A stretch of DNA of 64,000 nucleotides from Octopus vulgaris (Eukaryota): the NCBI GenBank assembly GCA_951406725.2, contig OX597823.1, positions 76,756,001 through 76,820,000 of the forward strand, written 5' to 3'. Positions within the stretch are counted from its first letter, which is position 1. Each line of letters opens with the position of its first letter. Both the position numbers and the translations under genes were made by a program. Positions 1-12,537 of this stretch are shown piece after piece. Under the pieces are notes generated by a model. The model was not told the DNA's origin, did not search any database, and was given only the letters and a program-made list of their open reading frames with translations.

Positions 1-150
1 AAAACCTATCCATTCTTGTTGCTTCTTTCTTGCTTATAATCACCCCACATTACTGTATTGTTAAAACCGTATAGTTTGTTTTGGTGCATCTAAGTTAGGT
101 ACCATATTCAAGTAAATTCATTTAAATTAACTTGAATCTTTATTGCTTTT

Positions 151-186
<36 letters not shown>

Positions 187-189
<3 letters not shown>

Positions 190-2398
190 GTGTCGGTGGC
201 ACATAAAGACACCATCCGAAGACCCGGCGACGTAGTCAGTCCACCTGTGCATACCTTCCCTCTTATGACACTTGTGAAGACCTGTTGAGGCAAGTGTGTG
301 ACACTTGTGAAGACCTGTTGAGGCAGAGGCAAGTGTGTGACACTTGTGGAGACCTGTTGAGGCAAGTGTGTGACCCTTGTGAAGACCTGTTGAGGCAAGT
401 GAAAATCAAAAATCAAATCAAACCAAATCAAAATAGATGAACATCAATGGAATTTGTATCTTTGTGGTTCCAGTACCGGTGGCACACAAGAAAACCATCC
501 GAACGTGGCCGTAGCCAGTACCGCATCGACTGGCCTCCGTGCTGTGGGCACAACAAACACCATCTGATCGTGGCCGTTCGCCAGCCTCATCTGGCACCTG
601 TGTCGGTGGCACATAAAAACACCATCCGAAGACCCGGCGACGTAGTCAGTCCACCTGTGCATACCTCCCCTCTTATGACACTTGTGAAGACCTGTTGAGG
701 CAAGTGTGTGACACTTGTGAAGACCTGTTGAGGCAGAGGCAAGTGTGTGACACTTTGTGAAGACCTGTTGAGGCAGAGGCAAGTGTGTGACACTTGTGGA
801 GACGTGTTGAGGCAAGTGTGTGACACTTGTGAAGACCTGTTGAGGCAAGTGAAAATCAAACCAAACTTGTGAAGACCTGTTGAGGCAAGTGAAAATCAAA
901 CCAAATCAAAATAGATGAACATCAATGGAATTTGTATCTTTGTGGTTCCAGTACCGGTGGCACACAAGAAAACCATCCGATCGTGGCCGTTCGCCAGCCT
1001 CATCTGGCACCTGTGTCGGTGGCACATAAAAACACCATCCGAAGACCCGGCGACGTAGTCAGTCCACCTGTGCATACCTTCCTACTTATGACACTTGTGA
1101 AGACCTGTTGAGGCAAGTGAAAATCAAAATCAAAATCAAAATCAAATCAAATCAAATCAAACCAAATCAAAATAGATGAACATCAATGGAATTTGTATCT
1201 TTGTGGTACCACTACCGGTGGCACACAAGAAAACCATCCGAACGTGGCCGTAGCCAGTACCGCATTGACTGGCCTCTGTGATGTGGGCACATAACAAACA
1301 CCATCCGATCGTGGCCGTCCGCCAGCCTCATCTGGCACCTGTGTCGGTGGCACATAAAAACACCAACCGAAGACCCGGCAAGACTAGTCAGGCCATAACC
1401 CATGGCCCCTACTTGGGACGTAGTCAGTCCACCTGTGCATACCTTCCTTCCTTCTTGTGACACTTGTGAAGACCTGTTGAGGCAAGTGAAAATCAAATCA
1501 AATCAAATCAAAATAGATGAACATCAATGGAATTTGTATCTTGTGGTACCAGTGCCGGTGGCACACAAGAAAACCATCCGAACGTGGCCGTAGCCAGTAC
1601 CGCATCGACTGGCCTCCGTGCTGTGGGCATGCAACAAACACCATCCGATCGTGGCCGTTCGCCAGCCTCATCTGGCACCTGTGTCGGTGGCACATAAAAA
1701 CACCATCCGAAGACCCGGCAAGACTAGTCAGGCCATAACCCGTGGCCCCTACCTGGGACGTAGTCAGTCCACCTGTGCATACCTTCCTTCTTGTGACACT
1801 TGTGAAGACCTGTTGAGGCAAGTGAAAATCAAATCAAATCAAAACAAATCAAAATAGATGAACATCAATGGAATTTGTATCTTTGTGGTACCAGTGCCGG
1901 TGGCACACAAGAAAATCATCCGAACGTGGCCGTAGCCAGTACCGCATAGACTGGCCTCCGTGCTTGGGGACGTAACAAACACCATCCGATCGTGGCCGTC
2001 CGCCAGCCTCATCTGGCACGTGTGTCGGTGGCACATAAAAACACCATCCGAGTGTGGCCGTCTGCCAGCCTCGTCTGGCACCTGTGTCGGTGGCACATAA
2101 AAACACCATCCGAGCGTGGCCGTTCGCCAGCCTCGTCTGGCACCTGTGTCGGTGGCACATAAAAACACCATCCGAGCGTGGCCGTTCGCCAGCCTCGTCT
2201 GGCACCTGTGTCGGTGGCACATAAAATCACCCACTACACTCTCGGAGTGGTTGGCGTTAGGAAGGGCATCCAGCTGTAGAAACACTGCCAGATCTGACTG
2301 GCCTGGTGCAGCCTTCGGGCTCCCCAGACCCCAGTTGAACCGTCCAACCCATGCTAGCATGGAAAACGGACGCTAAATGATGATGATGATGATGATGA

Positions 2399-2400
<2 letters not shown>
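187..2400 (+). mobile_element. Tandemly amplified 3' region of an RTE-type LINE: five units (first four 328-413 bp) and a final (TGA)n tail
   Basis: Units restart at GAAGACCCGGC (218, 628, 1041, 1369, 1709). Units 4-5 keep AAGACCCGGCAAGACTAG (KTRQD*, likely an ORF end). The last unit runs into GGTTGGCGTTAGGAAGGGCATCCAGCTG...CATGCTAGCATGG...(TGA)n, a tail found many times in the window. Flanked by (TA)n on both sides. The RTE assignment rests on recalled tail similarity. Confidence 0.7.
1977..2226 (+). repeat. 62-bp minisatellite (about 4 copies) inside the LINE 3'UTR
   Basis: ACACCATCCGAGYGTGGCCG...GGTGGCACATAAAA recurs at 2041, 2103 and 2165, with a variant at about 1980. Confidence 0.9.
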
Positions 2401-2446
<46 letters not shown>

Positions 2447-2449
2447 CAT

Positions 2450-2760
2450 GGAGGTGCAATGGCCTAGTGGTTAGGGCAGCGGACTCGCGGTCGTAGGATC
2501 GCGGTTTCGATTCCCAGACCGGGCATTGTGAGTGTTTATTGAGTGAAAACACCTAAAAGATCCACGAGGCTCCGGCAGTGGGGGGGTGATCCCTGCTGTA
2601 CTCTTTCACCACTCTTTCTCCCACTCTTTCTTCTGTTGGCCTGATCGCTTAGCCAGCGCAGTGGCGTCATTCGAAGGCTAAAACAATGCGAACGCATTGT
2701 GACCAGCGATGTGTAACTACATCTGATGGACTGGTTGGTCACGTGATGGTGATGGTGATA
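2450..2760 (+). mobile_element. tRNA-derived SINE (family C head)
   Basis: A box TGGCCTAGTGG, B box GGTTTCGATTCCC and tRNA-like arms, followed by a non-tRNA body and (GTGATG)n end. Related heads at 52232 (+) and 19449 (-). Confidence 0.85.
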
Positions 2761-2999
2761 TATATATATGACACTGGTATGTGTGTGTGTGTTTTTTGTC
2801 ACTAACCTGACAGAAAAGTTGATGTAAGTGAAATTCATGTAGATAGGCATGGATAAGTGGTTTGAAGTTTGCTTCACAATCTCATGTTTCTGGGTTCAGG
2901 CCAACTGTATGGCACCTTGGGCAAGTGTCTTCTACAATAGCCTCAAGCCAAATAAAACCTTATGAATGAATTTGGTAAATGGAAACAGAGAAGCTTGTC

Positions 3000-3042
<43 letters not shown>

Positions 3043-3394
3043 AGTGACCTGTAATAGACACCTGCATTAAAGACACTCAGTACAATCTTTAGAATGGTTG
3101 GCATTAGGAAGGGCATCCTGTCATAGAACCCAAACCAAAGCAGACTGGGGCCTGGTGTAGCTCTCCAGCTTACCAAACCCAGTCAAAGTGTCTAACCCAT
3201 GCCAGAATGGAAAACAGATGTTATATGTTTTTTTTTATATATAAGTATGTGTATATCTTTGAGTTGGTGTTTGTTCCTTTATGCCTCTTGACAATTGGTG
3301 TTAATGTGTTTACATCCCTCAGTTTGACACAAGAGACCAATACAATAATTACCAGGCTTTAAAAACTATCAAGTTCTGTGAGGGTGGGGGGTGT

Positions 3395-3660
3395 AAATAA
3401 ACAGAGACAGAAGAGGTCATAGAATACTACAATTGTTTCAAAGCCACATAAAATGTATTTTATGTAACATTACAAATATCTCATAACTATCTGGTGTGCT
3501 TTGCTTACAGGTGAATACAACTTTTTATTCTAAAATAGTTTGCTGACAGATTAAGGATAAAGCACAACGGATAGTCATGGAACATTCATAATATTATATA
3601 ACACATCCAACATGTTTTTGAAACAATTGTAGTACTCAGTATCCTCTCCTTTTATTTATA
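3395..3660. mobile_element. Probable MITE / foldback relic
   Basis: Perfect 18-bp inverted repeat TACTACAATTGTTTCAAA (3425) and TTTGAAACAATTGTAGTA (3617-3634) within longer imperfect inverted arms. Confidence 0.5.
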
Positions 3661-3921
3661 GATTTATAGATTTTATTGTCACATTATAAGCAATGGCTGT
3701 TACCCTCAAAAGGAAATTGTAGAGCACTTATTAACTTATTGGAATTTTCTGTTTAATCTTGATATGGGGCAAACTGCATTTGATGCATTGATGAATAAAT
3801 TTTATTGATCATTTATTGAGTTATATGCATTTTCTATATTAGCCACATTTATTTTAGAGACTACCAAACTGTGTTTTACTGTGATTACTCAACTGATCAT
3901 ATTGCATTATTATTAAATACA

Positions 3922-4124
3922 AGGTAGTGCTGAAAAATTCCTGGCATTAAGGTTATTGCAAAAGCCTGGTTGCAAGTCCAACTTTCTGAGTTTTTTTTAC
4001 AGGCCTTAGAAAAGCTGAAGGACCACTGCAATAAGGGTTTGAATCTGAGAGAGGAATATGTTGAATAAAATCATAATTAACTGATCCTCATTTACCCAAA
4101 GCCAAGAACTTTTTAACACCCTCT
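3922..4124 (+). mobile_element. mariner-derived MITE (about 200 bp)
   Basis: TIR-like ends GTGCTGAAAAATTCCTGGC and GCCAAGAACTTTTAACAC. The interior encodes a transposase C-terminus (GLEKLKDHCNKGLNLREEYVE*). Inverted copies at about 12766-12955 and 48530-48742. Confidence 0.7.
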
Positions 4125-4126
4125 CA

Positions 4127-4157
<31 letters not shown>

Positions 4158-4219
4158 GTGCATGTGTATATATAGAGAGATAGATAAATAGATAGATACA
4201 TACATATATACATACATAC

Positions 4220-4279
<60 letters not shown>

Positions 4280-5030
4280 GTCCAACCCATGCTAGCATGG
4301 AAAACGGACGCTAAACGATGATGATGATGATGATGATGATGATATATATATATAAAACATGTTCTTTGTCTATCTCCTTATCCTCTTGGAGATTTTAGGT
4401 AAAATTATACTAATAACACTAATATGTCCTAATTTGATTAAATTCTATGTCTTTGTGCAGTTGAAGATTGCTCTACATTTTAAATTGATGTAGTGAAATG
4501 ATTGCATTGTTCAATTAAATGGCGTTACATGAAACGATCGTACTGCATTACCTCTGGATATCCTTGTTGCTCATTATGATTATATATGTATATGTATATG
4601 TGTATGTATGTATGTATGCATGTATGTATGTATGTATGTATGTATGTATATATATTATATTCTTAATATCATGGGAATTTAGAAATTTTAAGAGAATATG
4701 ACATAATTCTTTTTGGGATCAGGGAAAAACTCAAAAGAAGGTAAATCTATAAATAATAGCATGTGGAATATTGGGTTAAAAAATAACCCTTTGGATAGAA
4801 GAAGCTGAAAGCTGATGAGTAATAAAGATCCATAGCCATACTTTTCATACAAGTTCTTCTGACGACAATTAGGACTGAGTTCTGCTCCCAAATTCATATG
4901 CAAAACTGATTAGTAAAGCCAGCTGAAATGGATCTATAATACTGTGTAGTATAAATATTAATATAGTGACTCTATTGACAAATATACGAGAGCCTGTTTT
5001 TTCCCTCTGACTTATGGATTCTTAAATGAA

Positions 5031-5033
<3 letters not shown>

Positions 5034-5127
<94 letters not shown>

Positions 5128-5152
5128 TATATACATATATATATACAAATAT

Positions 5153-5187
<35 letters not shown>

Positions 5188-5328
5188 CTTATATATATAC
5201 TTATATATACATATATATATGTGTATATATATATATATATACACATTTACATACATGTATATATGTGCATAGATACATACATACACACACATATATATGT
5301 GTGTATGTATGCACATATATATATATAT
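5034..5328. repeat. (TA)n compound microsatellite
   Basis: Direct sequence; source of the YIYI ORFs. Confidence 0.95.
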
Positions 5329-5754
5329 GGATACATTATCTTTTTGCATATATTTTTGACTGACGAATAAAGTATATTGATTAACTTTCCCTACTCAAGA
5401 GTATTCATCAAATGTTGATTTATCCTACTGAAGTCAGATGAGGGAATATTCGGTTATTTACTGGGAAAATAGAGTGAAGTGGAACTCCATTTAATTCTCT
5501 AGACCCAAGCGTAATTTTTTTTTATCAATATCGAATTTTGTGAACAATGCCATCATTGGTTACTGGATGCCAGGGAGCCAATAATTGGTTCACTGCATTT
5601 CTGGTAGTGAGAGTAACAAGGGAATTTCTCTGGGAATAAATACCATGGAAGATATTTTTATATTTCAAAAGTTCCATTTTCTTTTTGCGTTTTGCATCAT
5701 TTTTCAATACATGTCCATCAGCAAAAGATACTCTCACATGTATATAACCACTTC

Positions 5755-5955
5755 TACTCCTCCTCCTCACCATCATCACTATTGTTATCATCATCATCAT
5801 CATCATCATCATCATAACCATCAAAATCCTCTTCCTCCTGCACCTCCCCTTCTCCACCTACATCTCTTCCTTATCCTGCACCTCCTCCTTTTCCTCATCA
5901 TTATCATCATCATCATCATCATTATCATTATCATCACCACCACTATCACCATCAT

Positions 5956-5987
<32 letters not shown>

Positions 5988-6096
5988 TCACCATCAACAT
6001 TATCATCATCATCATCATTATCATCACCACCACTATCATCATCATCATCATCATCACTATCACAACCACCACCACCACCACCACCACAACCACAAC

Positions 6097-6132
<36 letters not shown>
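5755..6132. repeat. (ATC)n/(ACC)n compound trinucleotide microsatellite
   Basis: Direct sequence; source of the poly-I/H/T/M/D ORFs. Confidence 0.95.
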
Positions 6133-6759
6133 TTTTACAGCTGCTTTCCATTTTAGCATGGGTCGGACAGCATGGTGTAAATTAATCCCTATATTGAATT
6201 ATTGCCTTCCTAGACAGCTCAAAGTATCATGTCTCACTTGCACATCTCAAGTTTTTGAATTTTCTTCAGCTGATTGCTCTTTCGATACCAGGCACATTAC
6301 ATGTAACAACATTCATCTTATCATGATGTCATCACTAGGCTGTCAAGCTCCCATCAAGCCTAAAAAGCCCTCTCGACCCTGCATTATCATTGCATGTGGA
6401 TGTATTAGTAATCATGAGTCTGTGCGCGAATGTGTGTGTATGTATGTGTGTGTGTATGCATGCATGTGTGCATCCTCGCATGTCATCATTATCGTCATCA
6501 TCATCATTATCATCATCATTTAATCTCTGCTTTCCATGCTGGCATTGGTTGGATGGGAGCAGTCAAGGCCAGGAGCTGTACTAGATTATGTTGTCAGTTT
6601 CTGCATAGTTTCTACAGCTAGATCACCTTCTCAATGCCAACCACTTTAGAGAGTGTACTGGGTGCTTTTTACATGGCACCAGCACTGATAGGGTCACTAA
6701 GTAGCTTGCAAGACAGAGGCCTCTCAACTTGGAGCGGAAAGTAGTATTGAGTGGAGTGC

Positions 6760-7175
6760 CATCATCATCATCATCATCATTTAACGTCCACTTTCCATGC
6801 TAGCATGGGTTGGACAATTTGACTGAGGACTGGTTGCACCAGGCTCCAATCTGATCTGGCAGAGTTCCTACAGCTGGATGCCCTTCCTAAGGCCAATCAC
6901 TGCGAGAGTGTAGTGAGTGCTTTTACATACCACCAGCATGAGTGCCAGTCAGGTGATACTGGCAATGGCCATGCTCAAATGGTGTTTTTTACATGCCACC
7001 TGCACAGGAGCCAGTCCAGCAGCACTGGCAATGACCTCGCTCAAATGTTTTTTCACATGCCACCAGCACAAGTGCCAGTAAGGCGATGCTGGTAACAATC
7101 ATGCTTGAATGGTGCTTTGTACATGCCACCTGCACGGAAGCCAGTTAGCTGCTCTAGCAACGATCACACTCAGTT
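6760..7175 (-). mobile_element. RTE-type 3' tail fragment with internal subrepeats
   Basis: Reverse complement of the tail at 2226-2400 (TTTCCATGCTAGCATGGGTTGGAC...CAGCTGGATGCCCTTCCTAA), preceded by (ATC)n. Confidence 0.75.
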
Positions 7176-7184
7176 AGTGTGACT

Positions 7185-8265
7185 TTATTTATTTCCTGAC
7201 TATGCTGAAATCATGCAGTTTGCAACGTTTCATTCCATGACTGACTTCATTGAAAGCCTCTGCAAAGTTGAGATATATCACAACCACATTTGAGTGGTTG
7301 AGCAGCTGTTTCAACACTCAGTCATAGTTTTGTAAGAGCTGAGTCAGGCAGCTTCTTCCTGGTTAGAAACCATGCTGGGTATCAGTAAGAAAGTCATTTT
7401 CCTCGAGGAAGTTGGTTAGTTATTTTCTGACTATTCATTCCATGACTTTGCTGAGGTCAGAGAGACAGGTCTGTAGCTTTTGGCCTCTGCTCTGCTACTT
7501 CCTTTATAAATAGGGCATATTTTACCTTCCTTCAGCTTGTCTGGAAGTTTGCCAGTTGCAAGGAAGCTCTGAAAGTGGGACTGCAATGGTCTAGCTAGGA
7601 CTTGCTTACTTATTTTTAGAAGGCTTGCTGAGAATCCATCAGGGTTCATTTCATCTATAGCACTTATTACATCGTCTTCTTTTATATTGATATAATCAAT
7701 CATCACTACCTCTATTTTTATTTCTGCAGTGGTAAAAAAAAGTGCTGACTTGCAAGTGTTATAGCGGGTGGAGTGAAAACACTTTTGAATTTCTCATTTA
7801 GTATTTCATTTATCCTCATTGGGTTTCCTGTGAGAGAACCATCTTTCTTGAGGAGTGGCCCTACCCTGCAGCACATTAAGGCTGTTTATTTCTCACTGTG
7901 TTTCCAGTCTGCCTTATGGAAGTTCAAACTGGAAAGATTTTGAGTGTTTCTTGTAGGCTGCATGTCCATGGTTTCCTTTGGTCCATACATGGACAGCCCT
8001 TCCATGTTGTGATCCGAGAGTTGTGTCGGTGTCACTTTTACATTATGGATGAGATCCATACTATTTGTGAAGCAGAGATCCAGTATATTACCTGCCTTGG
8101 TTGGTTAGAGTACTATTTATTCCATGTACAAAGTGTTGATGAGGTTCAGAAGGGACTGTAGCTGTCCTTATTTGCAATGCACCATTCCTGGGAGAGAAAG
8201 GTCCTCAGGCCATTCGACTTCAGACAGATTGAAGTCTCCCTTAAGAAGCACACTTATGTGTTGTT
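7185..8265 (-). mobile_element. Decayed CR1-type LINE (APE end plus RT N-terminal half)
   Basis: Minus-strand motifs LKGDFNL, NPDGFSASLLK, PIYKGSSRAEAKSYRPVSLTS, TQHGF*PGRSCLTQLL and VIYLNFAEAF, with stops and frameshifts. Confidence 0.85.
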
Positions 8266-9414
8266 CTAATGTATTTTTGTAAGACAGTCTTCAAACTTTT
8301 CTACATAATTCTGTAAATAATGTAAATAATGTACATAATTCTTCATCTCATAAATATAGAACTGTATTATCTGTCATTACATTCTGATTTCAAATTCTGC
8401 CGAGGTCAACTTTGCCTTTCATCCTTTTGGGGTCTATAAATTAAGTACCAGTTGTGTACTGGAGTCGATATAATCGACTGGTCCCCTTCACAAAAATTTT
8501 GGGCCTTGTGCCTAGTGTAGAAAAGCTGTATGTAGTTCTAACGCGAGATTCTTAGTAGTGTTGCTATGCCTGAGTGAAATTTTTGAATGTCTACCAAATT
8601 TCACTCACAAAGCATTGATTAGTATAAGAATTTGACAAAAGACACTTGCCAGTGGTATGTGCAGTTCTTGAGAGAGTAACCTGAGATAATGTAGTTTTAA
8701 GACCAAACTTCTCAACCGTCCAGCCATGTAAATGTCAACTCAACTGTGATAATTAGACCTTCTGCCCTAAACACATAGCACACAGTTGTACTTTTTTTTT
8801 TATGGTAACTATCTACAGCTTGGTAGATTAGAGGAGTGAAAGAAAGTTTATCTTTGCTAAGGACATGCTTTGGCAACAATAATGGGAAACACTCTGTTTA
8901 CTCGTAGCTATTTGACCAACAAGCTGCGAGTCTCATGATTTTTATTAGCCTGATTAACATAATTGCATTTAAATTTTTCTGAAATGTTTTCTTGTAAATT
9001 GAATTTCGACATCCATTGCATTGGACAGTATTTATGATCTGCTTTTCTCCACTTAACTCCCATCATGTTGTATAAGCAACTGAAGAATTTACATCAAATT
9101 GATATCTGTAATAAGGCTGAGTGAATTCTTCATGATATGTTACTGCATTTGTCACAGATTGCATCGATCTACTACAGTGAGTTGCTAAATGAACATTTGT
9201 TATGCGGTGATAGCTGCACAGTTCACATTCACTTCTGTCTGGTGAAGCAGACAGGCAAGTTTTATAGAGGAATCAATTCCAGGATATAAAACAAAATTAA
9301 ATATATAGGTAAGGTATCAGCATGGCTGTGTGGTTAATAAGTTTGCTTTGCCACAACGTGGTTTTGAGTTCAGTTCCCCTGTGAAGTACCCTGGTTAAAT
9401 ATCTTCTACTATAG

Positions 9415-9641
9415 TGGCAGGCTGGCAGAATCGCTTGCACGCTAGGCGAAATGCTTAGCAGTATTTTGTCTGCTGTTACGTTCTGAGTTCAAATTCTGCT
9501 GAGGTCGACTTAGCCTTTCATCTTTTGGGGTCAATTAAATAAGTACCAGTTATGCACTGGGGTTGATATAATCAACTTAATCCCTTTGTCTGTCCTTGTT
9601 TGTCCCCTCTATGTTTAGCCCCTTGTGGGCAATAAAGAAAT
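9415..9641 (+). mobile_element. SINE family B nested in a family A SINE
   Basis: Head GGCAGGCTGGCAGAATCG, B box GAGTTCAAATTC, central GAGGTCGACTTAGCCTTTCATC, tail ...GGGCAATAAAGAAAT. 16-bp TSD ATATCTTCTACTATAG at 9399-9414 and 9642-9657. Confidence 0.9.
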
Positions 9642-9786
9642 ATATCTTCTACTATAGCCCTGGGCCAACAACAGCCTTCAGATTGAATTTGGTAGTTGGA
9701 AACTCTGTGGAAGCAAATCGTGTGTGTTTGTTTGGCCATTCCCCATAACATAGTAGTTCAACAAAAGAGACTGACAGAGTTTTAAT

Positions 9787-10187
9787 CTTTTACTCTTTTA
9801 CTTGTTTCAGTCAATTGACTGTAGCCATGCTGGAGCACCGCCTTTAGTCAAGACCCCAAGACTTATTCTTTGTAAGCCTAGTACTTATTCTATCGGTCTC
9901 TTTTGCTGAACCGCTAATTTACTGGGATCTAAACGCACCAGCTTCGGTTGTCAAGCAATGTTGGGGAGGGGGGGCAAACACAGACACACAAACATACACA
10001 CACACTTATATATATACATACATACGACGGGCTTCTTTCAGTTTCCGTCCACCAAATCCACTCACAAGGCTTTGGTCAGCCTGGGGCTATAGCAAAAGAC
10101 ACTTGCCCAAGAAGCCACACAGTGGGACTGAACCCAGAACCATGTGGTTTGTAAGCAAGCTACTTACCACACAGCCACTCCTACACC
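9787..10187 (-). mobile_element. SINE family A (tRNA head, CORE-like segment, internal microsatellite)
   Basis: Minus strand GGAGTGGCTGTGTGGTAAG...GGTTCAGTCCC...CTTGGGCAAGTGTCTT...GACTGAAACAAGTAAAAGA; more than 10 copies in the window. Confidence 0.9.
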
Positions 10188-10834
10188 TATAACAGACTTT
10201 CAAAAGTTTGTATCAGACTTTCAAAACAAAAACACAAAAAAAAATAGGGGGTAATAAATAAATAAATACTGAGGTTGGTTTATTGAATGAAATCCATGGC
10301 AGCATTTCAATGGCTGAAGCAAATAAAAACTAAAGGATATGCTACTTTGGTTGTTGGTATACTCATGCAGTAAAGATTCTTACTTCATAACCCATCCTCA
10401 ATGCTTCTGAATTCAATCATATTGCATGTCATCTACCATAACCTAACATTGATTAATACATTGTGAATAAATTTTTGAAAGTGTATGTGAGCCAGCTGTA
10501 GTACACACATACACACGCACGCAGAGACACACATATAATGTTCCTAAATCTATTAGACTAATGCTTGAAAACAAACTGTTGCAAAGGCATGAGGTTTACA
10601 CATCTTGTGTTAATTTGCAAAGGATCTTGGGAATAATTTTATAAATTATAAAAAACATCATTACTGGGCTTAATATCATATAATCATGTATCTTGATAAA
10701 TTTCATTATATCATGACATATGTTTTTACCCATGATGTTTGTTTGAGCTAAATTCAGGTTTGTATTTTGCTATTAGTAAAACTCCTATAGTTATTCTTCT
10801 CATTTTTATTGGTAAAAATATAAATGCAATTGTA

Positions 10835-11399
10835 TTAGGTTGTCCGGAAAGTCCATGCCGATTTATTGTAGCTTACCTTTTGACTTATTTTAGAACATGG
10901 TTGAGTCCATAAAATAGGATTTGACTACACTTCCACTTAGAGCACAGTTTAAGCTATCTTTTCGTGGAAGAAGGTTTATGTTCCTATAACCCATGTTAAT
11001 TCTGTAACCCTTTAAAATGGAAGATAAGAAAGTTCTTTTCGGCACTTGATGCTTTGGGAACCAGACAAAAATTGCTGCAGCTTGGCTGGGATTTGTTACC
11101 CCACCTTCCAAATTCACCAGATAATGCTCCTTTGGATTTCCACTTATTCAGGTCCCTGCAGAATAGTCTTAATGAAAAAAATTTCAATTCCTTGGATGAT
11201 GTAAAAAGATACCTTGATGAATTCTTTGCCATGAAACCACCTCGATTCTGGGAAGAGGGTATTTTCAAGTTAAAGGAAAGATGGAGACGCATTGTGCAGC
11301 AAAATGGTTCATATTTGGTTGATTAAAAATGTAATGGCAAGTATTTATTGACCATTGCCTTCCCTTTAAAAATCAGCACGAACTTTCCGGACAACCCAA
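10835..11399 (+). mobile_element. Internally deleted mariner transposon
   Basis: TIRs TTAGGTTGTCCGGAAAG and CTTTCCGGACAACCCAA with TA TSDs. N-terminal MEDKKVLFRHLML is joined to C-terminal HLPNSPDNAPLDFHLFRSLQN (YSPDLAPSD-like)...GIFKLKERWRRIVQQNGSY. Confidence 0.92.
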
Positions 11400-11658
11400 T
11401 AGTACTGTCTTCTTGTGTTTTTCTATCTAATATAATGGGTACTGCACTAATATGAATTACATATGATGGCAACTTCTTGATGCACGATCCACTGACATAA
11501 TGTATTGTAGTTGTGAACCTTATGCATGAACCTTATGTCATGAAGTTCACAATTTTCATGTTTACATTCAAATTTTGAATAAAATTGGTGTCTGAAGTAT
11601 CGTCTGTGGGTTTGTAGGTTTTTCAACCTGGTATTATTGCAATATATTCTACGATTTT

Positions 11659-11872
11659 AAGGGCAGCAAGCTAGCAGAATCGTTACCACACTGAGTGAAA
11701 TGCTTAGTAGTATTTCATCTGCAGTTATGTTCTGAGTTCAAATTCCGCCAAGTTTGAGTTTGCCTTTCATCATTTTGGGATCAATAAATTAATACCAGTT
11801 GCATATTGAATCAATATAATTGACTGGCCCTCTCCCCAGAACTTTCGAGCCCATGTGCCTAGAGTAGAAAAG
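11659..11872 (+). mobile_element. SINE family B with alternative tail
   Basis: Family B head and centre with tail ...GTGCCTAGAGTAGAAAAG. 17-bp TSD ATATATTCTAYGATTTT at 11642 and 11873. Confidence 0.88.
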
Positions 11873-12010
11873 ATATATTCTATGATTTTGTTGTTAAGTG
11901 TATTCTGTTTTATAATGTTTTTAATAACACATTCATCAGTTTTGTAACCAGAATGCCTTTCGTATATATGAAAAAGTATATATAAAGTATATATGAAAGA
12001 TTAGTGTATT

Positions 12011-12537
12011 TTAACCCTTTAGATTTCAGATTGTTTTATCAAATGTAATGCTAATTTATTCACATTATTTTGAATTAACCACAGCTTATCTTGTAGCTTT
12101 GAGGTTTCAATTATATGAATGTTTACTTTCAGAATGACATTGCAGGATAGGTATAAGAGGCTGGATCTGGCTGGTTTGATCATAAAACAGATCGAATATT
12201 TAGGCCAGATTTGATCGTTTTAAATGCTAAAAGTTAATGGATTCTGCATTTGTTATCTCAGGGTAAATGAATACACTCTTGTATTATTGAATGGCTTGGT
12301 CTACCAATCCATTAGGACATCTACAATTTATGAATGCCTGTTTTATGCATAGGATTTCGTTATTGTTTTGAATTAATCGTACATTGTCTTGTTACATCAA
12401 GATTATGATATTATGATTGTTTTAGTTTTAGAATGACATTGTAGGATAGGTGTGAAAGACAGGATCTGGTTGCTTTGAACATAAAGCAGGTAGACTATTT
12501 AAGCTTGATATGGCTGCTTTGAATGATAAAGGGTTAA
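12011..12537. mobile_element. Two adjacent piggyBac-like MITE copies
   Basis: TTAA|CCCTTTAG... ...AAATGCTAAAAG|TTAA (12011-12237). A second homologous partial copy ends GATAAAGGG|TTAA (12537). Both share the internal AGAATGACATTG..GGATAGGT..GGATCTGG. Confidence 0.65.

Noticed and set aside
270-900. CRISPR-like or retrozyme-like repeat (GACACTTGTGAAGACCTGTTGAGGCAAGTG)
   Set aside because: No unique spacers and no cas genes. The CTTATGA..GAAA and CTGTTGA..GAAA readings lack a stem I/III, so there is no credible hammerhead.
108-2376. ORFs in the tandem array
   Set aside because: Repetitive translations of a non-coding repeat on both strands.
2450-2525. tRNA gene
   Set aside because: The head continues into a SINE body and has dispersed diverged copies; the same applies to all tRNA-like heads here.
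5585-6523. 312-aa ORF and other poly-I/M/D/H or YI/CV/HT ORFs
   Set aside because: Microsatellite read-through with no domain content.
9065-9290. Protein-like + frame (MLYKQLKNL..*ILHDMLLHL..)
   Set aside because: Short, has an internal stop, only a GC donor, and no recognised homology.
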